Positions 10,134 to 19,937 of a DNA stretch of 64,000 nucleotides are shown piece after piece. Within the stretch, counting starts at the first letter, position 1. Each line of letters opens with the position of its first letter. The DNA comes from Candidatus Methanomethylophilaceae archaeon. Its GTDB lineage: Archaea; Thermoplasmatota; Thermoplasmata; Methanomassiliicoccales; Methanomethylophilaceae. The stretch is taken from the NCBI GenBank assembly GCA_944320495.1, contig CALUHR010000009.1, forward strand, positions 79,645-143,644. The letters run 5' to 3'. The notes under the pieces are model-generated. The model did not search any database. It worked only from the letters and a program-made list of their open reading frames with translations, and was not told where the DNA came from. A program made the position numbers and the translations under genes.

Positions 10134-10873
10134 CAGGCAAGGTTTATCTTGTGGGGGCGGGACCCGGCGACCTGGGCCTGTTCACCGTGAAAGGGCTGCA
10201 GCTGCTGAGGGAGGCCGACGTCGTCATGTACGACGCCCTGGCCAACCCCGACCTGCTCCGCGAGTGCAGGTCCGACGCGGAGCTGATAGACGCCGGCAAG
10301 CGCGCGCGGGACCATCATCTCAGCCAGTGGCAGACGAACGAGCTCCTGGTAAAGTACGCCCAGGAGGGCAAGGTCGTCGTCCGTCTCAAGGGGGGCGACC
10401 CGTTCCTGTTCGGGCGCGGGGCCGAGGAGGCCGAGGAGCTGAGGAAGGCGGGGGCCGAGGTCCACGTCGTCCCCGGTGTGTCCTCGTCGATATCCGTTCC
10501 GGAGCTCGCCGGCATACCGGTCACGCACAGGGACTACGCGTCCATGGTGACCTTCATCACAGGCCACGAGAAGGACGGCCGCGAGGGCGACCGCATCGAC
10601 TGGGGGTCCCTTGTGAACGGCCACGGCACGCTCGTGATACTCATGGGCCTGGGCAACGCCGGCAACATCTCCAGGCAGCTTATCGAGGGCGGCATGTCCC
10701 CAGACATGCCCGCCGCGGTCATATCCAAGGGCTCAACGCCCGAGCAGAGGGTCGAGGTCACCACCGTATCAGGTCTAGAGGCAACCATCCGCGACAAGGC
10801 GCTGGAGCCTCCGGGCATAATGGTCATCGGCGAGGTGGCCTCGGTCCGTGAGAGGCTGGGTGACCTGGTATGA
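10130..10873 (+). CDS. cobA: Uroporphyrinogen-III C-methyltransferase
   Basis: VYLVGAGPGDLGLFT, VVRLKGGDPFLFGRGAEE, VPGVSS, GIPVTHR. Confidence 0.95.
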   Translation: MTGKVYLVGAGPGDLGLFTVKGLQLLREADVVMYDALANPDLLRECRSDAELIDAGKRARDHHLSQWQTNELLVKYAQEGKVVVRLKGGDPFLFGRGAEEAEELRKAGAEVHVVPGVSSSISVPELAGIPVTHRDYASMVTFITGHEKDGREGDRIDWGSLVNGHGTLVILMGLGNAGNISRQLIEGGMSPDMPAAVISKGSTPEQRVEVTTVSGLEATIRDKALEPPGIMVIGEVASVRERLGDLV

Positions 10874-11634
10874 CCACGATAGGGTTCACCAGGCCGTCCA
10901 AGAGGCTCCCGGACGCCGTCAAGGAGGCGAGGGACCTCGGGTTCGACGTCATGGTGGCGCCGTCCCTGGAGATCCTCCCAGGCGAGGATTCGGAGTTCAA
11001 GAGGCTGGAGGAGTCGATCCCCGGGAGCATCGTCGTGTTCTGCTCTTCCACAGCGGTGGAGGAGTGCCAGGCGCGCTTCGGCAACGGTCTCGCGGGCATG
11101 GTCTCCGGGGTGAAGGTCGTGTCGATAGGCCCCGCCACCACGGCGAAGCTGAAGGCCGCGGGCATCGAGCCGTCGGCCGTCCCGGAGGACTACTCGTCCT
11201 ACGGTCTCGTGGACCTCCTCAAGGGGGAGGCATCCGGTTCCCGCATCGTCCTGGTGAGGTCCGACAGCGGCACCGACGTGCTCTCCGACGGCCTCAGGGA
11301 GGCCGGTGCGGACGTCGTGGACGTCGCCGTCTACCGTCTCAGGGAGGCCGGCATGGGCAACGGCATGCTCCATATGATGATCTCCCTCAAGCAGGGGAAG
11401 ATCGACGCTCTGGCGTTCTCCTCGCCCATGTCCGCGTCGTCCTTCATCTCGAAGCTCGAAGATCGCTACGGCAAGGAGAGGGCGGCGGAGTATCTTCACG
11501 GGACGAAGATCGCGGCCATAGGGCTGCCAACATCCAGGAAGCTGGAGGAACTGGGGTTCAAGCCCGACATAGTGCCGGAGAAGACGACCTTCCACGACAT
11601 GCTGCTGGCCATCCGCGAGGAGTTCCAGCAGTGA
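10870..11634 (+). CDS. hemD: Uroporphyrinogen-III synthase
   Basis: FTRP start, SIGPATT, VYR, FSSPMSA, AIGLPT; last gene of hem operon. Confidence 0.88.
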   Translation: MTTIGFTRPSKRLPDAVKEARDLGFDVMVAPSLEILPGEDSEFKRLEESIPGSIVVFCSSTAVEECQARFGNGLAGMVSGVKVVSIGPATTAKLKAAGIEPSAVPEDYSSYGLVDLLKGEASGSRIVLVRSDSGTDVLSDGLREAGADVVDVAVYRLREAGMGNGMLHMMISLKQGKIDALAFSSPMSASSFISKLEDRYGKERAAEYLHGTKIAAIGLPTSRKLEELGFKPDIVPEKTTFHDMLLAIREEFQQ

Positions 11635-11660
11635 GAAAACAGGGGCCGATGGCCCCCACT

Positions 11661-12071
11661 TCACTGGTTCCCGAGCAGCCTGAAGCAGCACGGGACCTGG
11701 CGGCAGGCGTTGGTGAACAGATACACCTGCGTGTCCCTGCCCTTGAGCTTCTCGAGAGCTTTCTGCCAGTCCATCACGGGCACATCCTGCTCAACGATCC
11801 AGTTGATCCTGGTGTCCCCGGACGTCATGTCGTCCATGACGCGCACGAGGTCTCTGGCGAAGTCCACGTCGTTGTCGATGAGGAAGTCCCTGTCGAGCAT
11901 CACGACCTTGGAGTCCGGCTCCTGTCTCTCTATCTCGCCTCTCACCAGGTCTATCAGGAATTGCATCCCGTCCGTGCGGAGGCCACCAATTGATCCAATG
12001 TTGCGGTCAGAAACGAAGCCGGACACCTTGTCGCGGGGGTCGCTCTCCGAAGGGCAGGACTGTATTAGCAT
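11661..12071 (-). CDS. Hypothetical protein (paralog of 12899-13231)
   Basis: ATG 12071 (MLIQSCPSESDP...); the upstream part of the track ORF is AT-rich intergenic DNA. Confidence 0.6.
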   Translation of the reverse strand: MLIQSCPSESDPRDKVSGFVSDRNIGSIGGLRTDGMQFLIDLVRGEIERQEPDSKVVMLDRDFLIDNDVDFARDLVRVMDDMTSGDTRINWIVEQDVPVMDWQKALEKLKGRDTQVYLFTNACRQVPCCFRLLGNQ

Positions 12072-12253
12072 GAGGTCCGGATGCGCATCGGCGATAGAAA
12101 TCGATTGGGGTGGATACCACAGGGCGATGGGAACTGGATATGGACGATTAATGATGTAAGAATTATAAATGATAGACAATAGCTTATAATCCTGTTTGTA
12201 CACGCTCAGATATAAGTAGAACGACAATCCTATACTTCAGCCGAGGTTATCCA

Positions 12254-12835
12254 ATGTCATTCTTCGATAACACGAAAATCGCTGGATGGGGCCTGTTCCT
12301 CGTCGCCATCCTGTCGATCATCAGCGCCATCATCTCCATCTACAACGGAGCGGTGAAGGAGGGCGATGACAGGCTCGCTCTCGTCGTCGCCGGTATCGGT
12401 GCGCTTCTGGCGGCCTTCATCTACTTCGGTTTCGGAAACAGCGTCCGCAAGGGCGAGATTGACAAGAAGATCGACGTCCTCGCTCAGTTCGTCAAGACTG
12501 TCGGACTCGCCACCATCGTCGCCTCTCTGTTCGGAGCGATCGCTGGAACCTGGGGAGTCAGCATCTCCACCTGGTCCAACGTCGGTATGATAATCCTCGG
12601 TATCATCATCTGCTGGATCGCCGGCAAGATCAACGACGGCAAGACCACCAACTTCGACAGGATCCTTTGGATCATCCTGGTCGTCATCTTCCTCGTCTTC
12701 TTCATCCTCAGGCTCTCCGGAGCATTCGGCGGAGCATGGTACGACATCCTCGCCAGCATCCTGATGGCCATCGTCTACCTCTACATGCTCATCTTCATGT
12801 TCGACAGCGATGTCAGGAAGAGGATGGGTATCTGA
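12254..12835 (+). CDS. Multi-pass membrane protein
   Basis: 193 aa, ~6 hydrophobic helices, strongly biased codon usage, RBS GAGGT. Confidence 0.75.
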   Translation: MSFFDNTKIAGWGLFLVAILSIISAIISIYNGAVKEGDDRLALVVAGIGALLAAFIYFGFGNSVRKGEIDKKIDVLAQFVKTVGLATIVASLFGAIAGTWGVSISTWSNVGMIILGIIICWIAGKINDGKTTNFDRILWIILVVIFLVFFILRLSGAFGGAWYDILASILMAIVYLYMLIFMFDSDVRKRMGI

Positions 12836-12898
12836 TCCGGAAGGATCCGATCGAAACCCCTTCCCAAACCCTTTACCTTCTGTCGCGTTCCCCGTCTC

Positions 12899-13231
12899 AT
12901 GAGCTGCTGTTCCGCCGAGGAGGACCCCGCCACCCTGGAGGCCAGGGTCTCAGCATTCGTCTCCGACCGTTCCGTGGGCGCGGTGACCGGCCCCCGCAGG
13001 ATGTCCCGCGAGGACTTCGTCAGATACGTAGCGGATGCGGCCAGGACCAAGGGCAAGGATGTGGTCGTCGAGCCGGCCCCGGGGGACCGCGCCGGTACTC
13101 TGGTTTTCATGCACTGGAAGGATGTCGACGACAGTGTGCTGGCCTCCAATCCGGACGCCGACATCCTATGCGGCCAGGATTTGTGCCACCAGGTCCCCGT
13201 CGTCATACGCCTGAACAGGCTGGATGACTGA
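12899..13231 (+). CDS. Hypothetical protein (paralog of 11661-12071)
   Basis: 110 aa, host codon usage. Confidence 0.6.
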   Translation: MSCCSAEEDPATLEARVSAFVSDRSVGAVTGPRRMSREDFVRYVADAARTKGKDVVVEPAPGDRAGTLVFMHWKDVDDSVLASNPDADILCGQDLCHQVPVVIRLNRLDD

Positions 13232-13243
13232 GACAACCATTAA

Positions 13244-13807
13244 ATGGTCCGGACTCGCCTCCATATCCTGGTGAATTCAGTGGAGGTAGTCGTTGAGAAG
13301 TACAATCCCTGGAAGAACTCGATGGTGTCGGGAGTGCTCCTGCTCATCGTCGGTATCCTTCTCGCCGCCCTTCAGGGCGAGGGTCTCAAATGGATCATCA
13401 TCCTCGCCGGGGTCCTCATGCTCGTGTACGGAGCGCTGTCCATCTACGATACGTACAGCTCCGGATTCAAGTTCGGAATGACCATGGGCATAGTGGTCGC
13501 CGTCATAGGTCTGGTCCTGATCATCGTCCCCAACCTCATCGCGGACATCGCGATGGCCCTGCTCGCCCTGCTGCTCATAATCATTGGTCTGATGTCGCTA
13601 CTGGGGGCGGCGCCGGGATTCGCTATAGCGTCCGGATCGAGGTTCGTGTCGATAATCGTCGGGGCGATCTTCATCGTCCTCGGTGTTGTCGCCATATTCA
13701 ACCTGGACGACACCGCCGACGTGATAATGATCGTCATCGGGGTCATGACCGCCCTCATGGGTCTGCTCCAGATCTTCAGCTCCTACCAGCTCAAGAAGGT
13801 CTGCTGA
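13244..13807 (+). CDS. HdeD/DUF308 family membrane protein
   Basis: Repeated G-x-L-L-I-x-G helices, 6 TM; start uncertain (may be downstream). Confidence 0.75.
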   Translation: MVRTRLHILVNSVEVVVEKYNPWKNSMVSGVLLLIVGILLAALQGEGLKWIIILAGVLMLVYGALSIYDTYSSGFKFGMTMGIVVAVIGLVLIIVPNLIADIAMALLALLLIIIGLMSLLGAAPGFAIASGSRFVSIIVGAIFIVLGVVAIFNLDDTADVIMIVIGVMTALMGLLQIFSSYQLKKVC

Positions 13808-13842
13808 AACGGTTTCCGGGAAGGGGGTGTGTCCCCTCCCCA

Positions 13843-14124
13843 TCACTTCTGTCCCGTGATCTTGATCACGTGGTATCCGAACTCGGTCTGAACCGGTCCT
13901 ACGACGTCGCCGGTCTTCCCGGCGAAGCAGGCGTCCTCGAAGGGCTTGACCATCTGTCCCTTGGCGAACCATCCGAGGTCCCCTCCCTTGGCCTTGGAGG
14001 GGCATTTGGAGAACCTCTTCGCCAGGGTGGCGAAGTCCTCGCCCTTGGCGAGGCGGTCCATGATGCTCTGGGCGTCCTTCTCGTTCGGTACGAGGATGTG
14101 CGAAGCGCGTACGGTCTTGACCAT
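13843..14124 (-). CDS. ppiC: Parvulin-type peptidyl-prolyl isomerase
   Basis: MVKTVRASHILV, F..LAKRFSKCPS, GGDLGWF, GQMVKPFE, TEFGYHVIK; 93 aa. Confidence 0.92.
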   Translation of the reverse strand: MVKTVRASHILVPNEKDAQSIMDRLAKGEDFATLAKRFSKCPSKAKGGDLGWFAKGQMVKPFEDACFAGKTGDVVGPVQTEFGYHVIKITGQK

Positions 14125-14251
14125 GCCGACGTGAATCGGCACGGACGATATAATGCTCCCGTCCGACATCCGATTCAACGCCGTTAACTGGCCTTCATTC
14201 CGACCGGTTCCCACCCAGTTCCTTAAATCAGAGGACGTCGACCCTCGGGTC

Positions 14252-15025
14252 ATGATATTCGTCTTCTCCGGCACGGGGAACTCGTACGCGGCCGCCAAGC
14301 GCATCTCCGAAGCCATCGGCTCCGGCATGATCGACATCGCCGCGGCGGTGAGGTACAAGCGCTACACCTACGACGCCAAGGGAGAGCCCGTCGGGTTCGT
14401 GTTCCCCACCTACTACTACGGGCTCCCGCGCATGGTCCTCGAGTTCGCCAGGAACGTCACAGTCCTGAACCCCGGCAGGGTGTTCGCCGTGACCACCTGC
14501 GGGGAGGAGTCCGGAGGGGCCTGCGAGATGCTCGCCGAGGAGCTCGGCAGTCGTCTGAGGGTCGATGCATCCTACGACGTGGTCATGCCCGACAACTCCG
14601 TCTTCGCCTTCGACCCCCCGACAAAGGAGCAGGCGGAGGAGACGCTGAGGGCCGCCGACGCCGAGATCGACCGCATCATAGGGTCCATCAAGGCGGGTGA
14701 GTCGGGAGACATGTGCGCCCACAAGGGTGACAAGGACTGGAGGGAGATCTATGCGCTCTACGACGAGCAGCGCGTGACGGAGCCCTTCAGGATCACCGAC
14801 GCCTGCATCGAGTGCAGGATCTGCGAGGACATCTGCCCGGAGCAGATCATCAAGGTCTACCACAGGAAGCCGGTCTGGGACGAGGAGAAGTGCTCCCTCT
14901 GCATGGCCTGCATCCAGATGTGCCCCAAGGGGGCGATAGAGTACGGCGATGCCACGGTGAACCGCGGCAGGTACTACAACCCAATCTTCTACGAGAGGAC
15001 CATCGGGATACCGCTGAAGTACCGA
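14252..15025 (+). CDS. EFR1 family ferrodoxin (flavodoxin plus 2x[4Fe-4S])
   Basis: MIFVFSGTGNS, GFVFPTY, CIECRICEDICP, CSLCMACIQMCP; ends ...GIPLKY-CGA (15023-15025); standard-code end 15073. Confidence 0.85.
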
Positions 15026-15078
15026 TCGCGCTCGGCACGAAGAAATACGGTGCTCGCGTTGGGGGTCACGTGAATCCC

Positions 15079-16413
15079 ATGGGCTTCAGGGAAGACAGCA
15101 ACATTCCGGCGGGGCCGCTCAATCCGGACGGCCAGAGGTTCGAGACGGTCATGCTCCACGCAGGGCAGGAGACCCCGGACCCGTCGACGGGCGCCCGCGC
15201 GACGCCGCTCTATCTGACCACATCCTACGTCTTCGGCAGCTGCGACGAGGCGGCCGACATCTTCGCGATGAGGAAGCCCGGGAACATATACTCCCGTCTC
15301 ACGAACCCCACCACGGAGGCCTTCGAGAGGCGCATAGCCGCCCTGGAGGGCGCAACGGCCGCCCTGGCCGTCGCATCCGGTGCGGCGGCCATCGCGTACG
15401 TGGTCGAGAATCTGACCCGCACGGGCGATCACATCGTCTCCGCCAACACGATCTATGGCGGGACCTTCAACTACTTCCAGCACGGGATAAGGGCCCACGG
15501 CGTGGAATGCACGTTCGTAGATCCGACGCAGCCCGGGACCGTCGGGAACTTCGAGGATGCCATCAGGGAGAACACGAGGATGGTCTTCGTAGAGACCATC
15601 GGAAACCCCAACGCCAACCTGATCGATATCGACGCGCTGGCGGAAATGTGTCATTCCCACGGCGTGCCGCTCGTGGTCGACAACACCTTCGCCACCCCGT
15701 ACCTGTTCAGGCCGCTGGACCACGGCGCCGACATCGTCATCGAGTCTGCCACCAAGTTCATCGGCGGGCACGGCGCCGTCCTAGGAGGGGTGATAGCGGA
15801 GAACGGCAGGTTCGACTGGGAGGGGTCCGGCAGGTTCCCCTGGATGTCGGAGCCCGATCCGAGCTACCACGGCGTGTCCTTCACCGGGGCATTCCAGGAT
15901 TCTCCTGTGTGCAATCGCATCCGCGCCCTGATTCTCAGGGACATGGGCGCATGCATCTCTCCGTTCAACTCCTTCGCCCTCATGCTGGGCCTCGAGACGC
16001 TTTCCCTGAGGGTGGAGCGTCATGTGTACAACGCGCAGCGCGTGGTCGAGTTCCTGAGGGACCATCCCAAGGTCGAGCGCGTGAACCATCCGATGCTGGA
16101 GGACCATCCGGACCACACCCTGTACGAGCGCTACTTCCCGAACGGCGCGGGGTCCATCTTCACCATAGAGACTGCCGGGGGCAAGGAGGGGGCGAAGCGC
16201 TTCGCCGACTCGCTGAGGATGTTCTCACTCCTTGCCAATGTCGCCGACATGAAGTCGCTGGTCATCCACCCCGCAGGCACCACGCACTCGCAGATGACCG
16301 AGGAGGAGCTCCGCGACGCCGGCATAGGCCCGTCCACCGTCCGTCTATCGATCGGATGCGAGAACGCGGAGGACATAATCGCCGACCTGTCCCAGGCTCT
16401 GGACAGGATCTGA
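15079..16413 (+). CDS. metY: O-acetylhomoserine aminocarboxypropyltransferase
   Basis: [49 protein letters not shown]. Confidence 0.92.
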   Translation: MGFREDSNIPAGPLNPDGQRFETVMLHAGQETPDPSTGARATPLYLTTSYVFGSCDEAADIFAMRKPGNIYSRLTNPTTEAFERRIAALEGATAALAVASGAAAIAYVVENLTRTGDHIVSANTIYGGTFNYFQHGIRAHGVECTFVDPTQPGTVGNFEDAIRENTRMVFVETIGNPNANLIDIDALAEMCHSHGVPLVVDNTFATPYLFRPLDHGADIVIESATKFIGGHGAVLGGVIAENGRFDWEGSGRFPWMSEPDPSYHGVSFTGAFQDSPVCNRIRALILRDMGACISPFNSFALMLGLETLSLRVERHVYNAQRVVEFLRDHPKVERVNHPMLEDHPDHTLYERYFPNGAGSIFTIETAGGKEGAKRFADSLRMFSLLANVADMKSLVIHPAGTTHSQMTEEELRDAGIGPSTVRLSIGCENAEDIIADLSQALDRI

Positions 16414-16478
16414 CGTTTCCGGGGCGGGTCCGCCCGCCCCTCGTACAGTATTTAATCGGTCCCACCATTAACCTTGCA

Positions 16479-17975
16479 ATGAATGGGACTAACAAGGCGA
16501 CCGTGGGGGTCGTCTTCGGGATTGCACTCTTGTTCGCGGCCCTGTCGCTGATGCTCACCCTGATGGGCATCATCGAAGACGGGACGCTCTCCCTGTACCT
16601 CTTCGCCCCACACGGAGGGGAGCTGGGAATAGACCTGGCAGAGGTGCCGGGTCTGGAATACATCGTATCGCTCTACGCCGACTTCGTCGCCCTGTTCGGT
16701 GACGATATGGTCCAGGCGGCCATCGTCGCCGTCGGGTTCGTCCTCTCCGTCATCGGGATGGTCACGCCCTGGTCGTTGGGCGTGAAGGGGACCGACAACC
16801 CGGCGCAGTACCTGTGGACCCAGAGGCCCAAGGCCACCATCCGCGCCCTCGGCGCCCCCTGGGGTCTCATCCCCGCGGCCGCATCGAAGCACAAGGCGCT
16901 CGCCATCGTGCCGATCGTCCTGCTGCCGTTCTATGCGGTCTGGTCTCTCCTCATCACGGTCTTCATGATCATCCCCTACGCCATCGTCAAGGGGGTCATC
17001 GGCGGAAGGGTCCGGTCCGCGGCCAAGAGGGAGGACAGGGCCTTCGGGCAGTCCTTCTCCGTCTGCCCCAAGTGCAAGCGCAACTTCTCCAGGCCGAAGG
17101 TCAGGTGCAGGTGCGGGCTCATCCTGGACTACCCCGTGCCCAACGAGTACGGGTACAAGGTACATACGTGCAACAACGGGCACGACCTCCCCTGCATTCA
17201 CGGGAGGAGAGGGGACCTCGTCACCGTCTGCCCGTACTGCGACGCCGAGATCGACACCCGCGAGTCCATACCGGTCTCCATCGCGATGGTCGGAGCCGTC
17301 GGCGCCGGGAAGACCACCATGATGCTGGCCGCCGTCGGCACGATAACCCAGGTGGCCAGGTCCAGGGACGTGGCCGTGGAGGCCATCACGCCCGGCGTCT
17401 CCAAGCAGGCCGTGGCCGCCAAGGACGTCGTCGCCAAGACCGCATCCGGCGAGCTGGACTCGGAGTGCCTGTTCCTCCGCTCGAGGGACATGGCCGACCG
17501 TCAGCTCATCATCAACGACATCTCCGGTGTGGAGTTCGAGCCGAGGGACGGGAAGGTCCTCTTTGAGGAGTACTACACCTACTCCGACGGGATCGTGTTC
17601 GTGTTCGACCCGGTGTCCCTGGAGCACGGAGGCAGGGGCGCTACCCCGATGGACGTCTTCGAGTCGTTCCACAGCATGTTCACCCAGATCAACGGCGTCG
17701 GGCCCGGGTCCGTATCCAGGATCCCCTTCGCCGTCGTGGCCTCGAGGAACGACGTGATGTCCCCGCCTCTGCAGAACGCCAACGTGAGGAAGTTCCTGAT
17801 CGACAACGGCCAGGAGGGCTTCGTCAAGGTGCTCGAGTCCGTCTTCAGCGATGTGCGCTACTTCGCTGCATCATCCGTCGGAGAGGACTGCAAGTCAGCC
17901 GCCGCGCCTTTCTGGTGGATCGTCGGCAAGAGCGACCAGGAGCTGGCGTCCAGGGTGCCGGTCCTGTCGGTCTGA
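16479..17975 (+). CDS. Membrane-anchored Zn-ribbon TRAFAC GTPase (double-GTPase-like)
   Basis: N-terminal TM helices; CPKC/CRCG/HTCNNGH/CPYC Cys cluster; GAVGAGKT P-loop; IINDISG Walker B; ASRND G4-like. Confidence 0.7.
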   Translation: MNGTNKATVGVVFGIALLFAALSLMLTLMGIIEDGTLSLYLFAPHGGELGIDLAEVPGLEYIVSLYADFVALFGDDMVQAAIVAVGFVLSVIGMVTPWSLGVKGTDNPAQYLWTQRPKATIRALGAPWGLIPAAASKHKALAIVPIVLLPFYAVWSLLITVFMIIPYAIVKGVIGGRVRSAAKREDRAFGQSFSVCPKCKRNFSRPKVRCRCGLILDYPVPNEYGYKVHTCNNGHDLPCIHGRRGDLVTVCPYCDAEIDTRESIPVSIAMVGAVGAGKTTMMLAAVGTITQVARSRDVAVEAITPGVSKQAVAAKDVVAKTASGELDSECLFLRSRDMADRQLIINDISGVEFEPRDGKVLFEEYYTYSDGIVFVFDPVSLEHGGRGATPMDVFESFHSMFTQINGVGPGSVSRIPFAVVASRNDVMSPPLQNANVRKFLIDNGQEGFVKVLESVFSDVRYFAASSVGEDCKSAAAPFWWIVGKSDQELASRVPVLSV

Positions 17976-18101
17976 AAACACATCCATGCCCCCGCGAGGG
18001 GGCGAATTCTCCTCTTCTCGATCTACGACAACGGGTCGACGTGCCCCGATGTGCCAGAAGGTCCAGGTCTTGCCGAGGGCGTTTCCAGAACTGGCAGAAT
18101 G

Positions 18102-18113
18102 TACAATATTGTA
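18102..18113. promoter_or_regulatory. Perfect palindrome TACAATATTGTA upstream of sstT, putative operator
   Basis: 12-bp palindrome with partial flanking symmetry GGCA...TGCC, ~80 nt before the ATG. Confidence 0.4.
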
Positions 18114-18191
18114 TTTGCCCATGTGCCAGTATATTATATGTTCGATAGTTGCAATCGGATTCGATTTATAGGGTCAGTGTGACTTTGGGCC

Positions 18192-19430
18192 ATGGCACTA
18201 AGAGAGGTCTACGAAAAGTGGACATCCATCAATCTTGTAGTGCGCATTGTCGCCGGTCTTCTGGCCGGCATCGTCCTCGCGCTGATCGTGCCGAACATCG
18301 ATCCCCTGATCATGCTCGGCGAACTGTTCGTCGGCGCGCTGAAGGCAATCGCACCCATCCTGGTCTTCGCCCTGGTCCTGAGCGCCTTGGCGGCCTCCAA
18401 ACCCGGTCTCGGTACCAAGTTCAGGGTCGTCATGATTCTGTACATAGGCAGCACCGTCGTCGCCGCCACCGTGTCCGTGCTCATGAGCTACGCCTTCCCC
18501 ATCGAGGTTACACTGCCTCTCGAGGGGGGCACCCCGCCCGAGGTCAACGACACCTGGACCCTCATCAGGGGCCTCATCGTCGGGATCTTCACCAACCCCG
18601 TGACCGCTCTCATGGACGCCAACTACCTGAGCATCCTGTTCTGGGCGGCCATATTCGGCCTCGTCATGAAGCAGTTCGGCAACGAGACCACCAAGTCCCT
18701 GGCCGCCGACATCGGAAACCTCGTCACCAGGGTCATCAGGATCATCATCGAGTTCGCCGCCATCGGAGTCTTCGGACTCATCTACGGCACCATCTCCACC
18801 AGCGGACTCGGCGTCCTCCTCGACTACGGGGCGCTCATCGTGCTGCTCGTGGCCTGCATGTGCATCGTCATGTTCATCACCAACCCGCTCATCGGCGCGG
18901 TGCTGATGCGCAGGAACCCCTACAGGCTCCTCTTCAAGTGCCTGAGGGAGAGCGCCGTCATGGCCTTCTTCACCAGGAGCTCCGCCGCCAACATCCCCGT
19001 CAACATGAAGCTGTGCGAGGACATGGGCCTTAACAAGGACTTCTACTCCGTCTCGATCCCCCTGGGAGCGACCATCAACATGAATGGAGCGGCGGTCACC
19101 ATCACCGTCCTGTCCCTGAGTCTGGCCTTCACGCTCGGCATGGACGTCCCTCCGGCGATGGCAGTGATCCTCTGCATCATCGCCACCATCGCCGCGTGCG
19201 GAGCCTCCGGGGTTCCCAGCGGATCCCTCATGCTGATCCCCATGGCCTGCTCCATGCTCAGTATCGACAACGCCACGGCCATGCTGATGGTCAGTGTCGG
19301 ACTGATCATCGGAGTCATCCAGGATTCCCTCGAGACCGCCCTCAACTCCTCCGCCGACGCATACTTCACGGCAGTGGCCGAGGTCGTCGACGCCCGCTCG
19401 AAGGGAGAGGACCTGGAGCTCAAGCTCTGA
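18192..19430 (+). CDS. sstT: Serine/threonine:Na+ symporter (DAACS family)
   Basis: GALKAIAPILV, FFTRSSAANIPVNM, SIPLGATINMNGAA, ACGASGV, QDSLETALNSSAD. Confidence 0.93.
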   Translation: MALREVYEKWTSINLVVRIVAGLLAGIVLALIVPNIDPLIMLGELFVGALKAIAPILVFALVLSALAASKPGLGTKFRVVMILYIGSTVVAATVSVLMSYAFPIEVTLPLEGGTPPEVNDTWTLIRGLIVGIFTNPVTALMDANYLSILFWAAIFGLVMKQFGNETTKSLAADIGNLVTRVIRIIIEFAAIGVFGLIYGTISTSGLGVLLDYGALIVLLVACMCIVMFITNPLIGAVLMRRNPYRLLFKCLRESAVMAFFTRSSAANIPVNMKLCEDMGLNKDFYSVSIPLGATINMNGAAVTITVLSLSLAFTLGMDVPPAMAVILCIIATIAACGASGVPSGSLMLIPMACSMLSIDNATAMLMVSVGLIIGVIQDSLETALNSSADAYFTAVAEVVDARSKGEDLELKL

Positions 19431-19670
19431 AACCGGTTTCCAAACGCTCGGCTGGGAACGGCCGGGCGAACTTCCCTTCCTTGTTTCCGTTCATCCGGAT
19501 CTTCGCATCATGCTCCCGGGCATCCGGCTCTTCATGACGTGATGATGTCAGTGTCACTGACGAACGATGTGTCCCTCTAGGAATCGTCTCCATGTTTCCG
19601 GAATGCTCGGGGACCTCCCCCTAATGTCCGTATGCCGAAGTGGCAGGAGATCGAATATGGGGAATACCGA

Positions 19671-19823
19671 ATGCAACACCGGACGGAGGGGATCCCGATG
19701 CCAGCGGTGGACGGGCCTCCCTGTCCGGTATGCGGCAGCAGGGAATGGAACAGCGAGAAGTGCTCCCGGGGGATCATCATGAACTGCCTGGGATGTCGGT
19801 ACAGGTATCTGATCCCTATATGA
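19671..19823 (+). CDS. Small Zn-ribbon protein
   Basis: CPVC-x16-CLGC; the track start at 19632 contains an in-frame CGA directly before ATG 19671. Confidence 0.5.
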   Translation: MQHRTEGIPMPAVDGPPCPVCGSREWNSEKCSRGIIMNCLGCRYRYLIPI

Positions 19824-19937
19824 GGAACCGGTCCAGGACCGTGATTCCTTCCTATCAAACCTCTATATAAAAAGGCGGTGAAGACAAACCTTTCTCTTCA
19901 CTGCCTTCATTATATTACAAAACAAGTCAACCTCGTC

